The notes: generated from the letters alone by a model not told the origin. Positions 51,210 through 62,978 are shown, counted from the first letter of the stretch. The stretch: DNA of 64,000 bases from Sphaerodactylus townsendi (GCF_021028975.2 NC_059431.1:88784001-88848000); one strand, 5' to 3'. Made by a program: numbers and translations.

Positions 51210-51801
51210 TAGGAGTGGTGATCCTACAAAAAAGGAACAGGAGTGGGTTTTCGTATTCTGTACAAAGGTCAGAAAATTACAGAAAAATCCAGCTCAGGAA
51301 AATCAACCTGTTGCCAAGACAGATTAGATAGATCAATAGATCTGAGGAAAATCTTCTTAGGAAAAGAAGCACTGCAATTTGTTTTGTTTTAAAACAACTT
51401 CATTTATTTATTTAATGAAACATCTTATGGAGGAAACCTGAAATTGTAACAACTCAGAGAGAGAGAGTGGCTGAACTCAAGTAAAGCAATAACTTGTGTC
51501 AAACACAGCAGAAAGCTTCATTAAACTAAAAACCAACTTGCTGACTTACCTGATTACAGTTGTAAATATGTTGACCTTGCCAACATCTTTGGTGTTCCTG
51601 AAAATAAAACCTCTTATGTTTGTTTAACTTTTTGAAAGTACCCAAAGTCTCTTGTACCTTTCACTTTAGGAAGTTTGACAAGAAAAGAAAAGGGTTTTGG
51701 GAATTTTATTTTTATAATATAATCCTCTGTCTCAATTGAGCAGTTCATTGTTCTCTAATTTAGTTCACTCATTTTTGTAAGGTAGAAATAAATATCCTTC
51801 A

Positions 51802-52038
51802 GGCCGTTTCTGCACGGCCGTAAGGGCGCCTCCATGCCGGCAGGAATTCCGCCGGTGTGGAGGTGGAGGCCGTTTTAAGGGTTGTTGTTTAGGGCGGCCT
51901 GACACCGCCCTGGGGGAGGGGGAGCGCAGTCAGGTCGGCGCTGCTGCAACGCAGCAGCGCCGCCTGTGCGAACGGCGGCCTGGGGGCGGTGTTTTTACCG
52001 CCCCCAAGCCGTTGTTTTTGGCCCGTGCGGAAAGGGCC
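51802..52038. mobile_element. CpG-rich PIF/Harbinger MITE
   Basis: TIR ggccgtttctgcacgg...ccgtgcggaaagggcc. 3-bp TSD TCA at 51799-51801 and 52039-52041. Confidence 0.88.
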
Positions 52039-52819
52039 TCAGTGCCAAAAACATTGGGTGGCTGATCAGTGAGCTGTGACAGTGGCAGTTAGAATTTTGG
52101 CAGGAAAACTCCAGAGAGCACCTTGCCAGGACAGGAAAGAGGAAGTTGTCATATGTGGCCATCAGCCTATGTTCCAGTTGCAGGGGCACAGGATGGTACA
52201 AACTTGTATGCCCCACCTTACCACTCATACGAGAAATCCTCAGTATCCAGAGAGTTTGCAGTTAAATCCCTGTAAGTAGCCGGTGTTGGCAGCCTTTGTC
52301 TCTGCTGATATGAATGTTCATTCTCAATGGCTGCTTTCCTTCACAGCTTTCAGAACATTCTGGTTTTGTTCATGGAATTTGAGAAGAATTGGATGATAAA
52401 GAGACCCTTTTGCAACTGTCTCGGGAGTTCCTAATGAAATTGTCTCTCTCCTAATTAAATGATTTCTGTCTTTGAATCTTTAAAATGTCTTTGTTTAAGT
52501 TTGACGTCTTGCGTGGCTAATAATTATATATTGGCATCCTTTAACTAGAAGGACTATTGATAGTTAATGATCCAGTCCAAAAAGCAGTCAATATGGGAGG
52601 CTCATACCTGACCAAATGGCTTGCCCAAATGAATGGAAATTTTCTAAGAGGCAGTTGATAGAGGCAGGGGGGAAAGGCAGCAGAGAAGCAGCTGGTTGGA
52701 AGGTAGAAGTTCTTCAGGAATAAGTGAAGATCTGAGGGGCTGAAAGCAAGGAGGATTCACCATTAAAGAGAAGGAAGGAGAATATAGCCAAGGAAGTATC
52801 TTTATGCTTTTGGAACAGC

Positions 52820-52975
52820 CAGATTCAAGTCAAGTAGCACCTTAGAGACCATTAAGATTTTGGTGTATGAGCTTTGAGAGTCAAACTCCCATAATCAGAT
52901 ATGGTCTCTAAGGTGCTACTGGACTCAAATGTAGCTGTTCAACTGCAGACCAACACAGCTACCCTCTGAAACTAC
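52820..52975 (+). mobile_element. Penelope-like terminal fragment with inverted duplication
   Basis: Inverted pair agtagcaccttagagacca...tggtctctaaggtgctact, then cagaccaacacagctaccctctgaaac. Confidence 0.65.
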
Positions 52976-53893
52976 TTTTTTTGGAGTTGGTGACATATGG
53001 AAACATTTCTTGTGGCCTTATGGGGCCAGATGTGATGAGTGGGAAAGCCCTGTTGGCTTTATGCATTATCTTTTTGATGGGTCCACATACAGTGTTTTAT
53101 GTGTATCCTTAAAAGTGTAAGAAATGCAGTTCACAAGCATATTTTACACACCTTAGGGAGCAAGGATTGCCCATGACTCTGTACATCAAGAGGTAAACAG
53201 GTTTGACTCTGTGTGATATGTAAAGAGCCTTAGATGGGATTTTTCTCCTTGTTTTGAAATTATGGCTCATCTGTGTTCCCAAGTGTGACGTATACTAAGT
53301 GAAAATAGTATATTTAAAAATTATTTCATGGATGGATGATATAGTGTGTCTCACCTGATTTGGTGATGATAATGCTGACTGCCTAGTGGTACTCGTATCA
53401 CTGATAAATCAGGACCAGTTTAGTTTATAGTGGTATATAAATGGTAACTTTAGTTATGATACCTCTGCTTAATTTCATTACTTTGATATACTGTTGCTGT
53501 CAGGCATCGTTATTAATACTTCACAGAGCAGTGTAAACCCATTCGGTGTGTCAGTGCTTCAAAGGAAAGCCTTTATGGTATGCAGTGGTCATCAGATTAG
53601 TTCTGTGGAAGTTTTTAAACTTTTTGCGAACAGATTGTTCTAGCTCAGGGAATTAAAGAGTTTTATCTTCTTCCCTTTCACCACTATTGTTCTGGCCAGG
53701 ATGCAATTAGATTTCTAAAGACAGGCACTAAGAGAAAACTCTGAGGAGAGCATTAATGGACCTTCAGACAATGAAGAATGGATCTTGGTATGTGGGGTCC
53801 ATTCCCTGCCCTGTGTGACAGCAAACCTGGGATAGTTACAGACTACACAGGTGACAAGGGGTCACAGCAAAACCTGGATGCCTGATAAGTGAA

Positions 53894-53976
53894 AAAGCCC
53901 TGTTGGCATTATGCATTATCTTTTTGATGGGTCCACATACAGTGTTTTATGAATATCCTTAAAAAATGTAAGAAAT
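53894..53976 (+). repeat. Local duplicate of 53044-53125
   Basis: aaagccctgttggc.ttatgcattatctttttgatgggtccacatacagtgttttatg..tatccttaaaa..tgtaagaaat occurs twice, about 850 bp apart. Confidence 0.9.
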
Positions 53977-55273
53977 ATGACATTTGATGAATTTCTAACT
54001 GAACACTTAGTAATCATTCATGTACAGAGAAAATAAAATGTAGCCCATAAAGTCACTCTAATTAGTCAATTACAGTAGAGCTTTATTTTAGCTTCTATTA
54101 GCATAAGTCAAGAAGAGCACCTAGTAATAATGAAAAAAGTCAAAAAGAAGGGCAATATAAAATGTCAGGAGTAAGCAACTTAAATTTTGGAATTTCTCAA
54201 AAATATTAAATAGGAGCTTTGTGGTGATTTTTTTTAAATTTAAGCAAGTATCTTGTTTCTTTCAAAATGAATGACAACATGTGTCACTAATCACAAAATG
54301 CAGAAGAGTTGGAAGATATATTTGGAATGTATGAAGTGCAGATCACGAAGTCCATTGACCTGAATCCCACTGAAAATTTCCATTAATGGTAGAAATTGTT
54401 GGTCAGAGGGGTGGGACTTCCTTCCTTCCCACCTTCTGCTGTGGAGCAAACATGCCCCAAGTGCTATTCCTGGAGACCTTTGTGAACAGCAGGAATGATC
54501 TCAGGCAAAAATCACCACACTATTCCATCAGTAGAAATTTTTCACAGATCCAATTCATTGTTTCACCCACATGATGAAATGTGAATTAGAGATGGTTTTG
54601 AATGTCTCATCCACAGTTTTCATTTTGGTTGTGCTTCTCCATTTTGCAAAATTCTATTTTTTGTGCCATTTTCTGTTTTCTTGTATCATCCCCTCCCCAC
54701 ATATAAACATTTTTCATCGTTGTAAGCACTACTGATTATGTGTACATTACATGTATAAAAAGTATCATTTGGATGAATGTATACTGTATGAGTTGTGTCA
54801 AAAATACACCTTGCACCAAGAATATCCTATACACAAAACTATTAAGCTAACAGGAAAAAGAAGAGAACCAAAACACATTCATCTGGCTTTGTCTTTGTGG
54901 TCTTTCCTTTTCAGGCTGAAGGACTCTATCTCAGTTTATACTCATGTGGTTGTCACTTAAGTTCCATCTACACACTGCAAAGCCTTTATATTTGTAGGAG
55001 AACCAAATGAGATGTTTGTATCACAAGTCCAATGAGAGTTTTGTGCCTTCCAAATACTCACCAGTTCTTTTCTGTTTGTGGCACATATGTAGAAGTAGCT
55101 TTAGTCTCCCCACTACACAACATTTTTTCCTCCTCAGACTGCCCCATGCAGTCACTAGTTGGACAGTTTGAGAATGTAGAATTGGGTGGGGGGAGCTACA
55201 TCTGCTTCTCTGCGGTTGTGGTGATGTGGTGACGAACAGGAAAGAGCCAGTGTTCTTCTGGGAGGCACAAAAC

Positions 55274-55629
55274 TGAGAAGGAGCTACTCAGCAGCGGTCG
55301 TGGTAATAGCAGAAGCAGTTAAGGAAAAGAAAACACAGGAACCCAGGCGTTGTTCACTTCAAAGAACAGAAGGGTTTATTCCTTGTTTCCAAAGTCACAA
55401 AACAGTCTGACAGAGTGCAGCGCAGCAACTGTATAACCAAAGCACGCATAGACCAAACTGTTCTGTGCATACATATAGAGACATTCAACCAATCAGGGAG
55501 CAGTGATGCAATCACACTAGATGTGCTTAGTCATGGTTGCATCACCCACTGAAACTAGGTGAAAGGTAGAGGATTGCATCAACCAAGCTGTCAAGTAGAT
55601 TTTGGTGATCTAACTGTCAAGTCCTAACA
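55274..55629 (-). repeat. Copia 3' LTR
   Basis: Direct repeat of 59646-60001 with 2 substitutions. AATAAA on the minus strand at 55375-55380. Confidence 0.97.
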
Positions 55630-55638
55630 CCCCTTCCC
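55630..55638 (-). promoter_or_regulatory. Polypurine tract (GGGAAGGGG)
   Basis: Immediately precedes the TG of the 3' LTR on the minus strand. Confidence 0.85.
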
Positions 55639-55645
55639 AAAACTA

Positions 55646-58600
55646 CTATGACAGCACCTTTATTACTTTCAGCTGTTCTAACATTGTCTGATGCTTATTC
55701 TGTGACACAGCTTTAGTAAACACATCAGCAACATTTCGCTCTGTTTCAACATAGGCGAGTTGAATAGTTCCATTCTGTACTAGCTCTCTAACATTCTGGT
55801 ACTTTACTCCTATGTACTTAGTTCTTGTCTTCATGTTTGCAGTCTCTGCTAATGCGATGCAGGTCTGTGAATCATCAAACACGATTATAGGCTTCTTTAT
55901 GGATTCACCTAACTCAGTTAGCAGTGTCTCAACCCAAAGTAGTTCTGAACATGTTTCAGACAATGCGCAGAACTCAGCCTCAGAAGTGGACAGGCTGATT
56001 GTGGTCTGTTTTCTAGAACTACTAGCTACATCACCATACTGAATGACAAAACCAGTACAGGACTTCCTGTCACCACAGTCTGCAAATGAACTATCTGCAA
56101 TAGCACGCAACTCTGTGCTTTGCGTGGACTGGATCAGTAAACCATGATCAGCAGTTCCTTTTAAGTACCTAACCACACGTTTAACACCCTCCCAATCATG
56201 TTTGCTGGGCTTGCTAGCTTTTCTGCTTAGTGCACTAACAGCAAACGCTATATCTGAGCGTGTCCAGTTAGATATATGTAGGAGACTACCTACAACAGAT
56301 TTGTACAGTTCAGGATTGTTGAATTCCTCACTTTCACTAACTTTCTGAAAGTCTAGGGACATTGGTGTTGTGGCAACCCTTGCCTTTGACAATCTAGTCT
56401 TGCGCACCAACTCATTTATTTTGTTCTTCTGACTTAGGAGATAACCTTGCTTTGGTGTAGATATGACATCAATACCCAAGTAATGTTTGATAAAACCTAA
56501 GTCCTTTAGAACATACATGTCACTGAGTTGTTTGTACAATTTGTCAAATTCTTGTGTAGATCCTTGCTGTAACAATAACACATACTTGTCATCAACACGC
56601 ATAAAGAGAAGAATGACTCCTCTTGATTCTTATTAGTTCCCTGATGTATAAGCATGCATCAGCAACAGACTTCTTAAACCCCAGTTTAAGCAATGTACTG
56701 TTCAGTTCATCATACCCAAAGTTAGCACCAGCTTGTTTTTTAAAACCATACAAAGAGACGATGCAAAAAAGAGATAAACGAGTATTTGGGTCTGCTTCTT
56801 CATACCCTGGTGCAGGCTTCAGATAAATTGCTTCCTTCAATTTAGCATTTAAAAAAGCACACTGGAAGTCATAATGCTTCACCATAAAGCCTTTCTTACT
56901 AGCTAATGCAAGCATAGCTCTCAAAGACTCAGGTCGTGCCGTGGGAGAATAGGTCTGGTCATAATTCAGCAAACGGTCTTGTACAAACCCCTGGGCGACA
57001 AGCCTTGCTTTATACCTTTGAGTACCATTTGGCAACTCTTTCCTCCGAAACACCCACTTCGACCCAATTGCCTCCTCTCCTTCTGGCAAAACAGTCTTGG
57101 TAAACACCTGTTGTTGCACTAAGGTTTTATACTCCTCAGCCATAGCTTCACGCCAGAGCTCTATTTCAGCTGGCGGTAGCTTTAACATCTCTTTATAGGA
57201 GCTTGGCTCTGATACCTGTGCTTGACAAACATAGACGTTTTGAGAAAACCCATACCTGTCAGGAGGTATCCCTTTTGTAGACCTATCAGAGATACGAGGC
57301 ACCTTAATTTGTTTCTCATCTTCTTCACTACTGCTAGTGTCACTGTCTTGCAGCCCTTCCCCCTTCTCAGCTTTCTTCCTTGGACGCTTGCCACTACTGG
57401 AAGCAGTTGGTTGACCTTGAGCTGCTGCAGGCTGCTGCCTGGCAGTTCTGTTAACCCCTTCATGCTGAGTGAAAGGTAGCAAAACCTCTGTGTTAGCATG
57501 GATAGTTCCCATCCTGCATGCTTTTCAAAGTTTGCACTTCGAGAGATCACAACCTTCCCATAGGAATGTGCAAAACGAAAACCTTTTGTCCCAGATTCAT
57601 AACCAAGAAACCTCAATCTCACCCACCTCTGATCCCCCTTCCGCCTTTGGGCGTCAGGTACCAGCACATTGGCATAACTGCCAAAGATATGCAAATGATC
57701 CAGAGATGGATCTTTCTGGTACAGCAAAAAATAAGGAGTCTGGTTCACACTAGAAGACCATACTCTGTTGGTCAAGTATGTGGCAGTGTTCACAGCCTCA
57801 GCCCAGAAATGTTCAGGCATGTTGGCATCCAGAAGCAAACAGCGTTTTATAGTATGTAGAACCCCAAATTTCCTCTCAGCAACCCGTTTTCAAAAGGAGA
57901 GAAAGGGTTGGTCTTTCTGTGACGTATGCCTTTCTTTCTCAACCAGTTCTGGAACCCAGAACCCAGGAACTCACCTCCTCTGTCTGTTTGGAGGCAAGCC
58001 ACTTTATGTGAAAACTGTCTTTCCACCATTGCCACCCACTCTTTAAACCTTGGGTAAGCCTCAGCTTTGGATTTCAGGAAAAGACTATAGGTGAACCTGC
58101 TATAGTCATCCACCAAAACCATGTGGTACTTTGCATGCCCCTGACTGGGTTGAAATGGTCCAGAAAGGTCTGCATGAATTAAACCAAATGGCCTATCTTA
58201 CTGTCTGGTGCTTTTCCTTGTAGAAGGAAATGCCTTTACTTTGGCCTTACTGCACACAGTACAATCAAGATAATTAGGACAGGACTTGGCTTTCAAAACC
58301 ACACAACCTGGACATGTTTCCTAGCACTTTGAAACTGGCATGTCCTAGCACACGGTGCATATAATGAATACAGTCATCATGCATAGGTTTGTTAACTGCA
58401 TTAGCCATGCTTTGTCCTACAGCATTGTTATTTAGCTGATAAAGGTTATTCTGCAGTATACCTGTGGCACAGACTCTCCCTTGTTTCTTAATAGAACAGG
58501 TCTGCCCACTAAATTCCACCACATAACCCTCAGCTGTCAATCTTACAACGCTTAACAAACAAAATTCAAATGAAGGCACAAAATATACATTACTCAGAGA

Positions 58601-59568
58601 GCCATTTAGAGCAGGAACAAATGTTGATCCTTGTAGTTGCACCTTTGCTGCGGTGCCATCAGCTAAACAAACATGGTCAATAACAGGTTGGCGCACGTGG
58701 TCAGTAAGGAGACTTTCCTTATTCACTATATGCTCAGAACAAGCAGAGTCAATGAGCCATAGTGAGTTGGAGTCCTTCTCCTTGCTTGTTACCAGGAAAG
58801 TAGATGCTTGTGATTCCTGTCTGTTAGCCCTCGCTTTCCAAGGTGGTTTGTTCTTCCTCTGCGCCACTTTTGCATTTGTACAGGCCCGTGCAAAATGGCC
58901 AGGATTCCCACAACGAAAACATTTTTTCACAGCACAGGAAGTAGGGACGGCAGAATCAGCAGGAAAATCCCTCTGCGATGATTTCTCAGCCGTGCTCTCA
59001 AGCTGGTAGTCCCTCTGCTTCTGGTGGTCTAGCAGCTTGGCAGTGACGTAATCCAAAGTCAGCGTAGATTCCGCTATGCTGTTTATACTGCATACCGACT
59101 GGTCCCAGCTGGTATCCAGCGACGAAAGCAACAGATAAACTTTGTGGGAGTCTTCAAACTGTAAACCTCGATCAGCGAGCTGTGCAAACAGTTCACGCAT
59201 CTGCTTCAGATGCTCAAACACAGATCCTCCTGGCCTCAGTTTGAGATTGTACAGTTGTCTTGTGAGGAGGACCTTTGCCCCTGCCGACTCACATTGATAG
59301 ATGCCTTTCAAAGCCGCCCACGCCTTGGCTGCAGTCTCAGCTTCTCGCAGATAAAACCAACTGTGAGTTTTCCACTGCTAGCACAATAGACGCATACGTG
59401 CTTTTTCATCTGGTAACGTCGCTCAGCAACTGTAGGGGCCGCTGGAGGGGTAGAGATAACATTCCACAGGTCCTCACGAATGAGATAGCTCTGCATCTTC
59501 TGGCTCCAAGCCACATAGTTATGCTCATTCAGCCTCTCAAACAGCAAGCCGGACATAGTGGAAGCCAT
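55646..59568 (-). CDS. Copia gag-pol polyprotein, split into several frames in this sequence
   Basis: Gag LNEHNYVAWSQKMQSYL..LW; zinc knuckle CFRCGNPGHFARAC; protease WLIDSACSEH; integrase HRVLGH, HADLSGP, VDDYSR, QTDRGGEF and GTKGFR; RT GSKWVFRRK..YKARLVAQGF, DFQCAFLNA and xVDD; RNase H ADSSFA, STSEAEF and NVADVFTK. Spread over ORFs 59308-59601, 58274-59311, 57847-58122, 57182-57838, 56592-57512 and 55646-56602. Confidence 0.9.
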
Positions 59569-59630
59569 GGCAATAGCTGAGTCACACAGCACGCAGTACA
59601 CTCACTGTTACTCACGAGTAGCACGTAGGA

Positions 59631-59645
59631 GCTGGGCCCATAACC
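59631..59645 (-). promoter_or_regulatory. Primer-binding site GGTTATGGGCCCAGC (internal tRNA-iMet fragment type)
   Basis: Abuts the CA of the 5' LTR. Complementary to the anticodon-arm region of initiator Met tRNA, as in Drosophila copia. Confidence 0.85.
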
Positions 59646-60001
59646 TGAGAAGGAGCTACTCAGCAGCGGTCGTGGTAACAGCAGAAGCAGTTAAGGAAAA
59701 GAAAACACAGGAACCCAGGCGTTGTTCACTTCAAAGAACAGAAGGGTTTATTCCTTGTTTCCAAAGTCACAAAACAGTCTGACAGAGTGCAGCGCAGCAA
59801 CTGTATAACCAAAGCACGCATAGACCAAACTGTTCTGTGCATACATATAGAGACATTCAACCAATCAGGGAGCAGTGATGCAATCACACTAGATGTGCTT
59901 AGTCATGGTTGCATCACCCACTGAAACTAGGTGAAAGGTAGAGGATTGCATCAGCCAAGCTGTCAAGTAGATTTTGGTGATCTAACTGTCAAGTCCTAAC
60001 A
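59646..60001 (-). repeat. Copia 5' LTR
   Basis: Direct repeat of 55274-55629. Confidence 0.97.
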
Positions 60002-60221
60002 AAAACTTCCCTTCATGTGTGATACAAACTCCTTGTCTCTTTCCTTAGTAAGCACAAGAACTTTGTAATGAGTAGATGTGGCCTTATTGAATTACTCATG
60101 TATGTAACTTGCACGGACCCAGCCATTAACTCAAACACATCTGACACTTTGACAGAGGACACATTGCAAAGGGAAAAAGAACAACAGCTACCTGTATCTG
60201 AGCATCCTCCGTGTCAGCTCC

Positions 60222-60470
60222 AGCCCTTTCCACACAGGGTAATTAAACTGGGATAAACCTGGTTAAAAAAACTCAGGTTGGGTGGGAACTTCACATGGAT
60301 CCTGATCCTAATGTGGAACCGCTCCGCGTTTCCCCTCCCAATCGGGTTTTTCGACAATCATGTTTTGTGCGATTCATTTGTTTTAATGTTGCTGACAGCC
60401 ACGGCTTAGTGAACCGTCATGCGTTAAAACAAGAGAATCGCACGTAACACAATTCTCGAAAACCCCTTCC
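60222..60470. mobile_element. Harbinger-like left end with internal hairpin
   Basis: Terminus agccctttccacacagg, and an imperfect inverted repeat at about 60344-60465 (gggtttttcga..gtgcgattc.tttgttttaa / ttaaaacaagagaatcgcac..tcgaaaaccc). Confidence 0.55.
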
Positions 60471-62004
60471 CTGGTTCCCATCTGCAGTTGTATGTTTATA
60501 CTTCTTGCATTGTTTTTAATTGTATGATCCACGTCAAGCCTCAGCAGGTAAAGCAAAAGGAAATAAAATAAAACATCATGCAACATTAAAGTAAGCACAG
60601 TGCTTTTTTAATGGATATGGTTCACACAGCAGTGAGGATCCTCAAGTCATGAGGGATTGAAAATGCAATCTTGTTCAGAATTGGGACAGCCTATTGAAGC
60701 CCATGGGTTCAGACTTGAAACAGTTCTACATAGGATTGCATTGTCAATTATTTGTATTAATGTGCAAACAACTCAGTTGTCTCAAGTCTTTCCTCCTACT
60801 TATAAGACACTGAAATCGAGAAGACATTGTTTGATCTGCTAGGGGGGTTTGTAAGACTGGAAGGTCTTGCTTGAGGAGAACAACTTTCAGGCCCTGCAGT
60901 TCTTTGGCCATGCGTTGCTGTCTTCCAAGTTTCTTGCCATTTTCTTTCCACAATATGTCCTTTACCATTTTTGCTGCCTTTCCTCCCACTAACATAGTTT
61001 TCCCTAATCTCAGCAGAAGCTCTCCCACTGTCTCCCCCCTCCTTTTTGCCCTGTTGTATTATCTTCCTGTTTTGAACTCTTCTTGTGGCTGTTGTTGTCC
61101 TGGATTTTGCCAGGCTAAACCCAAACAACATGTTTTCTTTCTCTGCTGTGATTTAATCTCAATAATACTGTTTGCAGGAACAGCAAGTGCATACTTTATC
61201 TCCTGCTTGCGGAGCTGATCTGGTGAGCGACAATATATATATTTTCATCTCTTCTTTATTTCAGAGTAAAAAGTTTCACAAGGGCAAATTGACTTTCAGG
61301 GTAACATGGCACAATGAGTTTCTATCTTCATTTATTTGAGCCCTGCCACTCCATGTCTCTTCATTACACTCGGGTCAGCAACTTTATCCCCGATTTTAGA
61401 ACTGAAATTCCCTTGTAATCAGAAGCAATGTTGGGCAAATTTTCTTCCCTGGCATAAATCCATTGTAGTCTAAGGACTTGCACTAGGGATGAATTTGTCT
61501 GAGGGTGTTTTGGCATAGTATCAATCAGTTACTAAAGTTGGCTCCAGCTCTCTTCATTTTCATCACCCTTGGCTGCTCTCGCTGATACTTACATTTGAGT
61601 GGTAGTCAGATTTATTGGCGCTCCTTTGAGGGGGTTTAGAATAAACTTAACACCAGTTGGTTTAGAACTCACTGGGGGATTGATGCCACAGAGTGCTAGG
61701 TCCCCAGTAAAAGCCAGTCAAGCAGCTCTGCCTGTTAAGCCTGGGAGTCACTCTAAAGTTAATAGAATTTTGTGTGCTGAACTTTAAGCACAAGAGTACT
61801 TCAAAAAGTCAATCAACACCTTGTTTTGGCATTTCCTTTGTTGTGTTTTTGAAAGCCTGTTATAATAATATTCAGGCATGGTGCTAGGCTGAGCCATGAT
61901 AATTGAACCTGCACGGTCAAACCTCTGAATATTAGTGCTAGAAGGCAACATTGGGAGAGGACTTGGGCTTTGTACCCTGTTTGTTGGCCTTCCAGGTTAG
62001 CCAC

Positions 62005-62080
62005 TGTATGTACACCGCCCTGAGCCCTTTGGGAGAGGGCAGTTCAAAAATGCAATAAATAATAAATAATAATAATTAAT
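62005..62080 (+). mobile_element. L2-type 3' tip
   Basis: tgtacaccgccctgagccctttgggagagggc followed by (TAAA)n. Confidence 0.6.
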
Positions 62081-62273
62081 AGGATACTGAACTAGATGGT
62101 TTGATCCAGCAGCACTCTTCTCATATTCTTATAGCATTTTTTTGTTTTTTAAAAGAGCAAAGCAACTTCATTTAATTGTGTATGAGTGGGTGATTATACT
62201 TAAGGGTATGTATTCCTACTGTACACATAAGGAGCTTCTACACCACTCACTGGCTGTACAGTTGCCTTCAGTT

Positions 62274-62466
62274 CAGTGGTGGGAGCCAAAAAATTTAATA
62301 ACAGGTTCCAATGGTGGTGGGATTCAAACAGTGGCGCCGCCGCACACACGCACCTCCAGTCCCTATTGGGCAGGGAGGTTGCTTTAGTAACCCCTTCTCA
62401 GCACTCAGAAAAAAATTAGTAACCACTTCTAGAGAAGTGGTGAGAACTGGTTGAATCCCACCTCTG
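62274..62466. mobile_element. hAT-type MITE
   Basis: Termini cagtggtggga...tcccacctctg. Exact 8-bp TSD cttcagtt at 62266-62273 and 62467-62474. Confidence 0.88.
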
Positions 62467-62978
62467 CTTCAGTTGTACATACCTTTAAAATGATGATTCT
62501 AGATAACTTTGGCAGCAGTTCAAAATTGTTTTCCTATTATACTTTTAATTCTTCCAGAGGTGAATTCTTCCAATGTTTTTGATTATTGCTGAATAAAATA
62601 GAAATGCCACCTCTGTGATATGGATGGTTCTTGAGCAACAGTTCCCATTGTTCCATTCGAATGTTGCTCAGAGGGTTCCATTAAACCTCATTGTTATATA
62701 TTTGATTGTGTCAAAGTGAATCTGAAGTTCCATTGAATTTGATGTTCTAGCTACTAGTTTTACTTGCGGTGTTTGCTCAATAAAATAAGTTCCATTCTGA
62801 ACCCTGCTTTGTTTGGGAATCTTATGGAGTTGTAATGAGCTAGTAAGGCCTCAGATCCAAAGTCCTAAATGCAACCGGAACTTCTCCATATAGCTCCTCT
62901 CCCAGAAGGGCAATGCATTTTTACTTCTTTCTCACCTGAGCTTTGAAATATTAGAAAGCAAAGTATGCAGTACTTTGC

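Larger units (their letters stand above)
55274..60001 (-). mobile_element. Full-length Ty1/Copia LTR retrotransposon (4728 bp)
   Basis: Two 356-bp LTRs (TG...CA), 5-bp TSD aaaac at 55269-55273 and 60002-60006, PBS, PPT, and domain order gag-PR-IN-RT-RNase H, which is diagnostic of Copia. Confidence 0.97.

Noticed and set aside
50587-51327. Cluster of long overlapping ORFs (up to 191 aa) suggesting a CpG-island first exon
   Set aside because: They centre on a GC-rich element bounded by TIRs and a TAG TSD. Long ORFs on both strands reflect stop-codon scarcity, and the peptides are low-complexity Arg/Pro/Gly/Ala.
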